Assembly: GCF_009914755.1 (NCBI RefSeq)
Contig: NC_060935.1
Reading direction: 5' to 3' (one strand)
DNA length: 64,000 bases
Source: the human T2T-CHM13v2.0 reference genome, Homo sapiens
Under the pieces are notes generated by a model. It made no database searches. It saw nothing but the letters and a program-made list of their open reading frames with translations, and was not told the origin of the DNA. Both the position numbers and the translations under genes were made by a program. Shown piece by piece: positions 39,788 through 52,810 of the stretch (positions within the stretch are counted from its first letter, which is position 1; the number at the start of each line of letters is the position of its first letter).

Positions 39788-40726
39788 CACTCTCCTTTCA
39801 GAGAGTAGTCCTTTCTTGTGTCTGAATTCCCAAGATTTATGTTTTGTTCAAGGGTGAGCTCAGGTGGTGAAAGATGGTCTCTGTCAAGTGAGGGTTGCTG
39901 AGAGCTCAACCCAGTGAAAGTGGACAAAGTGGGCTCCTGGGAGAAGACACATCTACTTTTTTGATCAGTTCAGTATATTTGCCTTTCTGAATATGTCTTT
40001 GTTGGCCTAAATCATTAGTAAAGTCTGGTTTAAATGTTAATTCTTAACCAGCTACGCTGCTGAGATTGAAGGAAAGAATCAGTTCCTGCATGGAAAGGTC
40101 CTAGAGACGAGAGTCATGTTGTCCCTAGCTAAAAGTAGGGATCTCGAGATCTAGCTGCTCATTGCCATCTGAAGATAAAAAAAAAAAAATCCCATCCTTA
40201 AAGGATGGGAGTTTGATTCTATCCAAGATAGCTATAGCTTTATTATAATAGATGACTCCAGAGAAAATCAGAAAATTATAGTACTGAAAGTGAAATAGAT
40301 TAAACACCAGTTAGCACATTTGAGTTCCTTCTCAATACACACTAAGAGGACTCTTGTCTCTGTGATGAATTAGGACTCAACTTCATCTGCTTAATTATTT
40401 ATATTCCATTCTCTCTTCTAGTTCTGTAATTTCTTGTTAGCATAGGTGATGCATTAGGTTCTTGGATCATGGGCAGGGATTAGTATAATTAAGATAATTA
40501 AAGTTGTTCTTTTATTCTCAAGTTTTTTTCAGGGACTGAATCTGGTGTCTTTTCTCTTTCCCTTTCTGTTTGTATTGAAAAACATTGGACCAAAAATAAA
40601 ATGAAGATGCAGGTCAGAGTTCACTAATTTTTTTCCTCATTTTTATTCTTTGTCTTCTGATATCCAAAAAGCAATTAAGAGAAACCAATCAGTACCATTG
40701 ATAATTACATATAGTTTGACATTTTG

Positions 40727-40916
40727 TAGTGGTGTGCTAGAACTGGCTGGGCATAAGGGCTGATTAATGCATATTCTGGAATTTAATGAGCTGGATGTTA
40801 AACTATTAGTGACTCAAAATTGGAGGACTGTTTACATCACCATGGAAATTGGCAATCAGAAGTCTTCCTCTTTCTCTTCCTTTTTTCCAGAGAGCTGATT
40901 TACCAAAACACTATTG
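40727..40916 (+). mobile_element. MER63A-like (hAT-Blackjack) MITE
   Basis: agtggtgtgctagaactggct ... caccatggaaattggcaa ... agagagctgatttaccaaaacactattg. Confidence 0.75.
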
Positions 40917-41630
40917 GACTCAGTTTTGGCATCACAAATGTTACATAAAAATTATTTCATTTCAAAAATTATTACAAAAATTTATTTTTATATTTATATT
41001 TTAGAATAATTTAAGTGGGCTGATTTTTCAAGAGTAGGCAATTGTTTATTAGAGAAAAATCTCGACTTAATGTGAAGGAGAGATATTTGTATGTTTGGTT
41101 CACTTTTAATATTTTTTATCTTTCAAATGAATTCCTAAAAAGATAGGGATTACTTCCTGGGACTATAATGAAGCAGGAAAAATAGGGCATAATAAGGCAT
41201 AAGTTCTGAAGAAAAATAATCCTATATTTTGTTCTTAAAAATGAATTCCTGCATGATATTTATTATATAAGCAGGTGTCCTATTTATATATTGAAGTTTA
41301 AGACCAGCCCCGGGGAATTAGCCTTGTGGCATGAGTCAGCTTGCATTCTGCCTCCCTGGAGGTAACAGCCCAGGGATTCTCTGGCATTGGCCCTGTGTTT
41401 GAGAAAGTCTAGTCAATTAACTGAGTTCTTTTGCTTTAACAAACCCTGAGGCTTGTTAAATTCCTAAAAATAATTTTTTATATTTATTCTCTCAAGTCCT
41501 TATTGTGGGCCAAGAAAATAGAAAGAGGTGGGAGGGGAGGTGGGCAGGTAGAGAAAGAGCTGGAGACGGGACATGAGTTGGTGAGTGGTGTCTTTCATAT
41601 TTGCAGTTATTTATTATTAGCAGTGGGCTC

Positions 41631-42123
41631 TGGATTAGTTTCCTATGGTTGCTGTAAGAAATTACCACAGACTTTGTGGCTTAGAACAACAAACATGTAT
41701 TCTCTTAAAATGAGAAATTTCAGAGATTCAAAATCAATTTCACTGGGCGGAAGTCAAGGTGTCTGCGGGACTATCCTCTCTCTGGAGGCTCTAGAGGAGA
41801 GTCCACTTCCTTCTTCTGGCTTTGGAGCTGCATACCTTGGTTCATGGCTCTTTTCTCTGTCTTCAAAGCTATCAGTGTAACATCTTTCTTCAGTCTTCAC
41901 ATTGCCTTCTGTGTCTATAGTCAAATCTCCCTCTGCCTCCCTTTTACAAGTACATTTGTGATTCCATTTAAGAACCACCCAGATAAGCCAGGATAATATC
42001 CCCATCTCAGGATCCTCAACTTCATTACATTTGCAAAGTCTCTTTTCACATATAAGGTAACATTCACAGGTTCCCGGAGTTAGGATCTTGATGTCTTTGG
42101 GAATCAATATTCAGCCTACTGCA
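41631..42123 (-). mobile_element. MLT1C/D MaLR solo LTR
   Basis: ttagtttcctatggttgctgtaagaaattaccac ... tctggaggctctagaggaga ... attcagcctactgca. Confidence 0.9.
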
Positions 42124-43039
42124 GGCCTTTCGGAGGATGAGCCGGTACCATGATGCTCCCTTGGGGAACTTTGAAGTGTGTAGGAATTGCCCATGAAACT
42201 GCCCCTTTGGAGAAAACTAGCTTACTTTAAAACTTTGATTATCTTCACCCCATCTGTCTACCTATTCCACCAGCAGAGAACAGAACCCAGCAAAATTTTC
42301 TATTTTAATTAACGTGTTATGCCATAGTGAGAGCAGGCATATATTTTTTTCTATGTGAAAACAATGCTGGGAGCAGACAGAAAAAAAAAATCTTAGTTGC
42401 TTCTTATAGGAAATACTTGCTCCTAGAAGATACGAATTTGCATGAAGTATAATAATGTACTTACCAAGTCTCCCTCAGAAACTTCACCTGCGTGAGCTCA
42501 TCAACCAAAGCTATTATGTCATCAACTATGCACACAAATTTTCTTCCTTGGATGGCTCACTGAAAATCATGTAGCCATGCACTAAAAGCCAATTAGTACC
42601 ATTTCCTAAGTTCTTTATCGTGAGACATATCTAACACTCTATCAAATAAGTTTCTTAATTAAATAATTAAATTTACCAAACCAGACATGGAGAAAGCAGC
42701 CTAATATGCTTTCAAGGAACAGGCACCCCTGGTATAGGGAAGGAAACTGCTTAGACTGTACAGTATCCTGCACCAAGTTTTCCTCAAGTTTAGGCGTCAG
42801 TAAGTTCCTCCTCTCTGCTGAGGAGGATAGGAAGGAGTGAAGAGGAAGCCTGCAAATGTCACAGGAGTTTAAGCTTCCTCTAGAAACAAGACGCCAGGAA
42901 TAAAAGACTCCTCCCTAATAGAGGTATTGTTATCTCTCTTCCACATTATGGATCTTTGGGATAACTCTGGGGTATTTGAAAATTTAAATATTAAATTAAA
43001 AAATTCCAAGAATGGAGCTGTGAGCTTCAAAATGATCCC

Positions 43040-43248
43040 CCTTCCTTCCTTCCTTCCTTCCTTCCTTCCTTCCTTCCTTCCTTCCTTCCTTCCTTCCTTC
43101 CTTCCCTACTTCCTTCCCTTTTTTCTCTTGCTTGCTTTCATCTTTCTTCTCTTCCTTCTTCTCCTTCTTCTTTTTTCCTATCCCTCTGTTTCCCCCTTCC
43201 TCCCTCCATCCCTTCCTTCTTTTCTTCCTTTTTTCCTTTCTTTTCTCT
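43040..43248. repeat. (TTCC)n microsatellite and CT-rich tract
   Basis: Long perfect cttc run followed by a degenerate polypyrimidine tract. Confidence 0.95.
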
Positions 43249-44549
43249 GGTCACTAGGTGATCTGAAATTTTTGGTTAAAGAATGGAGAAATTGGGAACT
43301 AATTTTGTCTTTCTACCATTTTTGTTTTTCCTTAGAAACTAAAAAGATGTTTTAGATTTATTTACTCTACGTAATTTATTATTTATACTCATCCAAACTT
43401 GGTAAAGTAAAAACTGCTTATTGGGCATTTTATTACCTTTGACTTTATTTGTCAATATAGTTATATTAATCAAAATATTAACCAGTTACAGCTGATAAGC
43501 ATCATTGGTGACAGTTTTGAAATTCTTAAAGAAAGATGAAATAATGTGACAATAATTTTAATGAGTGATGCAATAATTTTTATAATTTAAATTGTGATGA
43601 TTTTCCATTGAGCACTCTCAATACAGTGTATAGGATACAGTGCATGTAATTAGGCACCATACTCCACACATTGATCCTCTTAGCTAACAGAGAGTTTCCA
43701 CAGCTTGAGGAATCTGGTCCCTTTATCTGAAAAATAGTGACATAACCTCTCATTTCACCTTGAAACAAATCAAACCTCCTCTGTTCTCAAGCTTTTATGG
43801 TACTCATTGGATGAATTGTTAATTAAATTGCTTGATCATATTGAATTTATTATTTTATTGAGTATTTTTTAAAAAATCCATTTATCAATCAGAATATCTC
43901 ATAGTTATAGAAAATTCAGAAAATACCAAATACCATAAAGAAGAAAACAAATTACTTCTTCTCACATTACATGAAATAGCCTTTATTAAAGGTCACTATA
44001 ACAAATTGGGATCCTCCTATATACAGATACATTTTGCATTTATTTTTTTCTTTCACTTTTTATTATATGATGATTGCTTTCCCATGTCATTTCCTCAAAA
44101 TATTACTTTATAATTGTATTTCAAATAACATATCAAAATATAACATCAATTTTTTATTATTGCACTTCAATTAATTCACATTTTCTCTTTATAAATAATG
44201 ATATAAAATAAATTCATATGTAAATCCTCAGCCTTCTGATGATTTTATAATATGTTTTAAGAAGTGAAATTACTAAGTCAAGGCATTTTATATTTTCATT
44301 AAAACATTTAGAACATCATATGGTTAATGCATGTAAATTATAAGAAACTGGATATCTACATAAATACATTTTAAAAGATAAATTGCCATAATACCAGAGA
44401 CATCTACTATAAATCTTTTTAATATTCTGTGCTTTTCCATGCTGTCCAAAAATTAAATAGTGATGTACCTATTTTTTTTTAACATGTATAGTGAACAAGT
44501 TCCTGTCAATGAAAGGCCCTTTCCAATATCATTTTCAAATGCGGTGATC

Positions 44550-46985
44550 ATTTTATAATTTTGTAAGATTTTTATTCTTTTAAATTCTTAAGGTGTGTTT
44601 TTTGGCTCAGAATGTGGTATATCTTGGTGAATGTTCCATGTGAGCTTGGGAAGAATGAGTAGTCTGCTGCTGTTGGGTAAAGTATTCTATAAATGCCAAT
44701 TAGATCAAGATGATTGCTGTTGTTCTGTCCAAGTATGTTCTTACTGATTTTACGCCTGCTGAAACTATCAAGTTTGAAAAAAAGGGTGTTGTCTCTAACT
44801 CTAATAGTGAATTTGTCTACTTCCCTTTGTGGCTGTATCACTTGAGCTCACATATGTGGATACTTTGCTGTTAGGTGCATACACTTTAGGGATTATTATG
44901 TCTTCTATAGAATTTACCCCTTTATCATTATGAAATGTCCTCTTTCTCCCTGAAAATTTTCTTTATTTTAATGTCTGCTGTGTTGAAAATTAGTGTAGCT
45001 ACTAAAAGTTTATTTTGATTAGTGTTAGTATGGTATGTCTTTTTTAATTCCTTTACTTTTTCTCAAATGTACGTTTTTAAATTGAGGTGAAATTCACATA
45101 ATATACACTTAATTTCAAGTGAACAATTTAGTGGCATTGAATACATTCAAAATGTTGTGCAACCACCACCTCAATCTAGTTCTAAATGCTTTCATCACCC
45201 CAGAAGGAAATCCCATACTCATTAAGCATTTACTCCTCCATTCTCCCTTCTTCTCAGCCCCCGGAAACCACCAATCTGTTTTCTGTCTCTGTGGATTTAC
45301 CTATTTGGAAAGGTCCAATGTAGTTCTCCTTGTTCCTCTGTAGGTGAAGTGCTTTTTTTCCCCTGACTTATTTCAAAAATTTTCCTTTTGTTTTAGGTTT
45401 TCTGAAATTTGAATATATAAGCTTAGGTGTAATTTTTTCTCGGTATTCATCTTCTTTGGCGTTTGCTGAGCTTCTTGGATCTTTGCTTGGTGTCTGTCAC
45501 CAATTTTAGAAAATTCTCAACCATTACCACTTCAAATATTTCTTCTGTATCTCTTTTTTCATCTCTAGTGTTCAAATTAGCATGTATCACTCCATTTTAA
45601 ATTGTCCTATGGTTTGTGAATGTTCTGTTTCATTCTTTTTTTCTCTTTGCATGTCAGTTTGGGAAGTTTCTATTGCTATACCTTCAGTCTCACTAATTCT
45701 TTCTTTGGCCGTGTCCAGCCTACTGATGGGTCCATCAAAGGCATTCTTCATTTGTGTTACAGTGTTTTTTATTTCAGGTATTTCCTTTTGATTCTTTCTG
45801 AGAGTTTTCATCTCTTTGCATATATTACCTATGTGTCTTGCATGTTTTCCTTTAGAGCCCTTAACATATAATCATTGTGTTTTAAAGTTGTTTATCTGAT
45901 TATTCCAAACTCTATATCACATCTGAGACTGTTTCTGATGTTTGCTTTGTTTTCTTCAATTGTGTTTTTCTTTGTCTTTTAGCATGCTTGTAATTTTTGT
46001 TGAAAGCTGGACATGATTTATTAGATAATAGGACTAGAGGCAAATAAGCACTTAATGTGAGGTTTTATGTTGATATGTCTGGGAGTTGGGTTGTGTCACT
46101 GTTTCCTATAGCTGTACATAGCAAAAGCATCAGTTTCCTCTACTGTTCTGGTACACATCACCAACAGCTCTTTGGGTTTTACTACAAACTCCTTCTTAAG
46201 TGAAGTTTGTGTGTTATAGTTATTTTAACTGTAATCCACTGTTGTTATACTAGAAATCTGTTAGCATGGTGATAAGATGTGGGCAAGGAGAAGCATTCTG
46301 AAAACTTACGACTACATCTCCATTTTTAATTGGGAGCGTGTTTTTAAACTGTCACCCGTATAATGTTTCTTAACTTTTTATATCTCCCTTTAGGTAAGAT
46401 GGAAAAGCTAGAGGGGGCTGGAGTTGGATAATTTCCCATTTCTTAGATAATAAATGAATTTTATGAGCCATCTTTTCCCTTAGAAAGTAGGCCTTTCTTA
46501 TGGTAAATGCTCTGGGCATATTTCAGAATTATTGATTATGTTCTTCCAAAACAAGCTTTTGTTGTTGTTGTTGGTTTTTTTTTTTTTTTTTTCTTTTTCT
46601 TTCAGTCTTTACTATGAGAACCTGTAGTGTCCGTGGAGGTAAAATTCCTGAATATGTGAATATCACATAAGACTAGTCCCTAGGAATTCTAATTCTCAAG
46701 GTAGTGTATACTCAACCTCTAGCAAATGGTCAAATTACCTTTTAAATATTCCTACCAGTTAATAGCTACAGTGGCTTCTGCTCCAAGTAAGTTTATCTTG
46801 GCTGTGATCTCTATATTCACTTTTCTCTCCAGATTTAGGGGTGGCAGTTTGTCCTGTGACTTTAATTCTTTCATGGGTCCAAGAAAAGCCATAGATTTTC
46901 AATTTGTTCAGTCTTTATTGTCTTAAAGATGCAGGCGTGATAACTTCTAAGCTTTTTATGTATTACAGCTAAACCTAAAATTCTC
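44550..46985 (-). mobile_element. Old L1M 5' region (5'UTR, ORF1 and ORF2 endonuclease pieces)
   Basis: ORF-track peptides DLIGIYRILYPTAADYSFFPSSHGTFTKI (endonuclease) and LRKNQKEIPEIKNTVTQMKNAFDGPISRLDTAKERISE (ORF1p coiled coil). Confidence 0.88.
45074..45310 (-). mobile_element. L1MB 3' end nested in the L1M
   Basis: aattgaggtgaaattcacataa ... ttcatcaccccagaaggaaatccc ... tctgtctctgtggatttacctatt. Confidence 0.85.
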
Positions 46986-47149
46986 TCATAGCTTTTGTTT
47001 AACCAATAGCTTCTAATTGCATAGGCTTTTTATGATCTTTCACTATCAAAAGACATTGACAATTTCATTCTATTTCTCTCTTCCTTCATTCACTCATTCT
47101 CTAGATGACAATAATGTCTCCTCTCCTGCCTTCTGGAATCTTCAGCATT

Positions 47150-47685
47150 TTATATCCCTCCTTTTTCTCAGCCAATGACATTTGCTTCTGTTTTACTGAG
47201 AAAATTGAAGTAACCAGGAAAGATCTTTCATAAGCTTTCATCACAACTTTGAACCAACTGCCTGTTTTGGCACATATTACTTTCTTCCCATTACCATAGA
47301 TACATTTTCTATCTTCTTCTCTATGGATCAGCTATCCTCTTTCATGTAAGCCCTTTTCCTTTCTTACTTAGTCAAGGACATAGCACAAGAAATTCGTCCC
47401 AATCCTACAACTTCTGTCCTAAATCATTAATTTTTACTATTTTCAGGATTATTTTCATCAATAGAAAAGCAGCTAATATACATTTTATAAAATAAAAAGA
47501 CATTCCTCCAAACAAAATAAATTCCTCCTTTTTTACCTGCCGACATTCTTTGTTATCTTTGAGAAAAAGTCATTGAAAACATTTTCTTCTCCATCTTTCC
47601 AATTCCCTCTCTTCCCATTCTTTCTAAAACACACTTAAATCTTATTTTTGCCTTTAGCATTTCACTAAAACTGCTGTTGTCCCTG
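47150..47685 (+). mobile_element. L2 fragment
   Basis: ctcagccaatgacatttgcttctgttttactgagaaaattga; ttcactaaaactgct. Confidence 0.65.
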
Positions 47686-47689
47686 TGAC

Positions 47690-47990
47690 AGTGATAGGGT
47701 GAATTATTTGCTCATGATTTGTTCTCCTTTCCTTTTTCTTGGCATGGCTCACCACCTACTGGTGTTGGTCTTGGCTAAGTGGTTTACTTTGGTCAATGGA
47801 ATGTGGAAGAATGGCCTGTGTGTGAGTTTTGAGCCAAGGTAAGTTTCTACCAGCCTTCTTGAGATATGAGGGAGGCATACTGTTGGTAGCCATAGCTCCT
47901 TGAGCTCCTTCAATCCTGTCCCAGGATTATAATGTATGAAGTAGACCTAAACTAGACCTCATATGTGGCTTATGAGAATGATTTTCTGAG
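47690..47990 (+). mobile_element. Old MLT1 LTR fragment
   Basis: tactttggtcaatggaatgtggaagaa ... ttttgagccaagg. Confidence 0.55.
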
Positions 47991-49974
47991 TTGTCTTATC
48001 TTTTATGTATCTTCATACCCACTGTCTATTTCCAGCAATTGAATCCTGTGATAATTTACTTGGTGTCTGTAGATAACAATAGACCTGCCTCTATAATATA
48101 ATTATCTAATTTGCATATGCTAGCTTTTCTTAGAACTTATTTGAAATCACATTTGGGAATATGATGTGAAGATATATAAAACTGAGTTTTACCTTTATCT
48201 TTAAAAGTTTTCTTTTTTTATATAAGAAAAAGAAGTATCCTTCTGGAATTGTACATATTTCTTCTCAGTTGGTTCAATAAAAATGCCGAATATTTGGTTC
48301 ATCTGACATTTTCCTTGCGGTTTGTTAAGTGATAAATGAGCCAGAAACTATTCCTCATTAAGCTATCTAAGTGAGAACAGCAGAGACACTGAAGTTTCTC
48401 TTAAATAGGGTAGTAAATGCTGGGTGGGGCATTGGGAGACAAGTGGTCAAATTCTAATTATTCTACTGACTGGCTATGTGACTTTACAATGATTAATTTA
48501 CCTTACTTCACCTTGGTTTCCTTAAACATAAAACAAATAATTTAACTTGATAAAATTTAGTTGAACTCTTAAGTTTTATCAATAGTAAAACATGCTTTTC
48601 ATTAAAATAGAGATGGACAAATACCTGTAAACTGCATAGGATGGAAAGGATATTAGGAAGTTTATAGAGTGAGAAAAATTGACACTTCACATCGTGAAGA
48701 GAGGAAAGAAATGGCATCAAATGAGATAGTTACTGTAAAAAGAGTCCATTGAAACAAGAACATATGGAGGATAATGTCTGCCATATTCAAATTAGTGCCA
48801 GATTTTTGTGGTTTGTTGGATGCTTTTCTGTAGACTTTAGAAGGAAAAAGAATACAGCTGCGAAAACTCCCCTCTTCACCTTGGCTGAGGCATTCTTCAA
48901 GAGAGCAGATGGCTATAAGTTTCAAGCCATGAATCATTGTCAAGGGATCTCCTCAAGCTGCCTGTAGCAAGAAGAGTTGACAAGCCTCAAAGGGTAATAT
49001 TTTTATTACTATGGGTGTCAGTCACATCAGTGCCCTTGCTGCTGGGATCAGACTTATTGTTAATAAAGCTCTATGACTTGGAAACAAAATAGCAAAAGTC
49101 AGCAAATTATTTCTACTTGCTGTCTGATGGATGTTTCAAGGCTATAGTATTCCTCTAATACTCATCAGTGAAAAAAATAAGACAGGAACCATGTCTTTCA
49201 CTTTATTTATTTTTGTTTGATTTCAAAGCAGACTGTAGATGAACATTTTATATATTTTGGTGGCTTGATTAGCTATTTTTTAAAGCCATTATTGTTAATA
49301 TTATCTTGCTGGTTGTGGTATGTGGTCTACATTTGCTATTCTGTTAAAATATGCAGACATGTGAGAGTTTGATTTTGATTTGGTTCATACAATATTATTG
49401 TAATGTTGTGGTTCATAATAGGTCTGTATATTATTTGAAGGAATCATGGTGAATTAGTTTGAATCTACTTAAAATATTGGCTCGGTGGACTCTTCTGTAG
49501 TCTAGAAACAGGTTATATTGAATCTCACTATGAAAACTCTAATTTACTTTTTGTTGTGTTGATTAGACAGTATTTCAGTCACTTTAGTTACTTTTAAAGT
49601 CACTTTTACTAGCTTTGGGGAATTTATGCCTAGAATACCTTGGCTAGTTCTTCTTGAATTTAATGATTAGAATATACCTCAATTATCATTTTTAACCTTT
49701 TAAACAGAAAAAATGTCTTTGGCCATTGGGTTTTAAAACCAGAAATCTGATAAAGAAAAAAGTGACCCAAAGTGGTGGTTCTTTTATAATATGGAGAAGT
49801 CAATATTTGATGAATTCCAAATGGCTGTTGTAGTAAGTGAAAATGACTATTTCAGAAAGATATCCACTTTTTACTTTTTTGGAATTCAGTGGGGGAGATA
49901 GATTCAGGGTGAGTGTTTTGAAGAGCATAACTTTTTCAGATATGAAGTGGGGGTGGTCAGGTGCAAAGGGCAGG

Positions 49975-50180
49975 GGATCTGAGTCAGCCAGACCTGCTTT
50001 GTCTCTTCAAGTTGTGTGACCAGTTACAAATGCCTCCCAGTCACTTTCCTCCACTGTAAAATGGGGAAAATAATATGTACCTCACTACATTGCATTGTTG
50101 TAAGAAGGAAAGACAAGTTGTTAGAGACTTTGATTTTAATCTGGCATGTGGTGGGCACTCATAAATGGTGACCATTGTTA
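49975..50180 (+). mobile_element. MIR SINE
   Basis: tttcctccactgtaaaatggggaaaataatatgtacctca ... gcactcataaatggt. Confidence 0.8.
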
Positions 50181-51764
50181 GGATTTTCTCATTGTACTGT
50201 TGGCTAATTCAGTTGTTGTCATTTTAGTGGCTAAATAATGTACCCTAAGAAAAATGATGCCCCCCAACCCGCCCCAACCCGCCCCACAGAGAAAAAAAAA
50301 TCAGAGTTGCATGAGGTATTTAGAAAACAGGTTTCTAGTCCTGGCTCTTGAATTTTATGACTCTGAGAAGTTTCACTTATCCTTTCATACCTCAGTGTTA
50401 GGTATAAAATGAAGGTAGTGAAATAAGATTAAATTTTAGAGAACACTGATATTGATCATTATTCCTAGAATTAAAAACTTCCGTGTTCAAATAAATTTAG
50501 AAAGATCTCTGGACATATTACAGCCCTCTTGGAAATTTTCCTTGCTCATTACCATATTAAAATATAGCTTAAAAGGATTTTGGTAGAGAAATATACTGAA
50601 CTTGGTATAACCCAGTTTCTCAGACACTTGACAAGAGCGTTCCTTATTCTTGGAAAACTCATCTTGCTAAACCCTTTCATGTAACTTGATTTGGAAATGC
50701 TGTATTAGATGTTTCTTATGGTCCCTATCAACTCAATTATTTTGTGACTCTGCAAATAAGTAGTTTTCCTGAAGGAACAATGTTTGGGGATGGTTTATGA
50801 AGAGTGCTATTTCAAAACTTCATTGTATATGAAAGAAATAATTTCTTATTAGACCACTAGAGGGACATTTTTAAATTATGGATAGGTATATGAGTAAAAT
50901 TATAATAGTTCTTATATAGATGATATGTGTTTACAGAGGAATGTGTTCTAATTGTCTATGTTTTCCTTCAGGCTGTGAATTAAATTTACCTTGATAACAT
51001 TTACCAATTTATTGTACATTCTCAAATAATATATAAATTATTGTTTCTGAAAAATATGTAGCCATAAAAGCCCACACAGTAACATAGTATATATGTACAT
51101 AAAACATATGGAATGTACACGTTACTGCTAGAGGGTTTAAATTTATTCGCTGTTATGGCACCATTGCTTTTTCTCTAATTTATACCACATGTTCCTTCTT
51201 TATTTAGCTTTTAATTCTGTAGAGAGTTTGGGAATATAAATTGTGTGAAGGATGTGAAATATATGCCTCCCAATCGGGTGTTTGGCATCCTTACTTTGAT
51301 ATTTGCTAGAATAATTTTCATCTGCCATTTTTTAAAGTAATGATAGAAATCTTTCCTTGGGCTTATGAATCTAGTGCATGTGTGGAAGAATTCTTATGCA
51401 GTCTCTTACTGCTTCTCTTAGAACAAGAATACATCCACGAGGAAGATAGGAGTTATAACTGCCAAGACAAACACCGGTTTCCCACAGCTTGTGTGTCTCT
51501 TGGAGATACACAGCCTGGGTGTAGCTGTTATTCCTTCCTGACAGTGTAGGCTACCTGATTATTGTCAGACTTTAGGTTGTCTTTATATATGTAATAATTG
51601 CCCTTCTTCCCCACGCTTCCTGATAATCTTGGTACAATAGGGAAAAGGAATGTGACCAGTTATGGTGTAATTACTGTGGCTCCTCCATCCTCTCACTTCC
51701 TTGCGCTAATCAGTTATTCAATTATTTCAGTTATACCTCATCCAAATTTCGCAAATGTGTCCAT

Positions 51765-52000
51765 GAATTTGATTCTTGGCTCTATCACTTACTAGCTCTG
51801 TGACTTTTGTCAAATTCCTTAACTTCTTTATGTCTCATTTCCTCTTTCATGAAAGGCACTGGTTAATGATGTCAATGTTAGGGGGAGGCAGGGTTGTGGT
51901 TGTTGAAAGTGATTCAGTAAGATATTTCATTCAAATGCTTAGTGTAAAAGCTGGCGCAAGAGGGTTACTCGTGAAATATATGCTTCCTTCATTACTGTTA
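51765..52000 (+). mobile_element. MIR SINE
   Basis: ttcttggctctatcacttactagctctgtgactttt. Confidence 0.75.
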
Positions 52001-52019
52001 TTGTTAGTTTAGGTTTGCA

Positions 52020-52490
52020 TTATTTGTTGGCTTTTTACTGGTCTCTCTGACTCAAAATCTCTTATTCTCCCCTCCTAATCCATTCTCCATAATACTTTCA
52101 AAATGATCTTTTAAAATTGCAGATCAAATGTTACAAAATGTTCCCTGTTTAAAGCCCCATAATAGTTTCCAATTCTCTGTCAGATGGAGTCCAGACTGTA
52201 CAGCATGACTGACTGTGCCCTCCTGGACTTCCTGTCCAACACCATTCTCCAGCCAGACTGAAACACTTGCAGTTAGATTTTTGTACTTCCTTATCTTTGC
52301 ATATGCTTTTCCTGCTGTCTCAAATATGTAAGAAACTGTGTTCTACCTCTGCCCCTCACAGCTGCAACACTCTGTCCTTTAAGTCCCAGCTGTCGGATCG
52401 CTGAGTAGCGTTCATTATTCCTCTGTGCCACAGCCGTCTGTGTCTTATGTCCACCTCTTACTATGCTGTGTTACTCTCTCTGTCTCTCTC

Positions 52491-52556
<66 letters not shown>

Positions 52557-52810
52557 AGAGAGAGAAAGAGAGAGAGAGAGAAACACACAAATAAGACTGT
52601 GCTCCAAAGGGGAGGGCAATGATTCTGATTCACTTCTCTGCCCTAGTACTAGAGATGATACTTGATAAATGCCTGTTGAATGACTGAATGAGTGAGAGTC
52701 ATCATGAAATATAGCATGCCTTCCCTCCTGAACTCCTAAACAACATTAGTGCAATAAAACACCTTACACTTGGCACAGAGTAAATATTCAATAAATAACT
52801 TTGAATAAAC
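52020..52810 (+). mobile_element. L2 3' fragments (interrupted by a microsatellite)
   Basis: actggtctctctgactc, ctttgcatatgcttttcct, ttggcacagagtaaatattcaataaatactttgaataaa. Confidence 0.7.
52474..52581. repeat. Compound microsatellite (TC)n(CA)n(GA)n
   Basis: Directly visible. Confidence 0.97.

Noticed and set aside
41503-42107. Overlapping 125- and 117-aa ORFs
   Set aside because: They lie largely within an MLT1 LTR; chance ORFs.
42927-43355. Longest ORF (142 aa, LPSF repeats, hydrophobic)
   Set aside because: Read-through of the (TTCC)n/CT-rich tract, which lacks stop codons.
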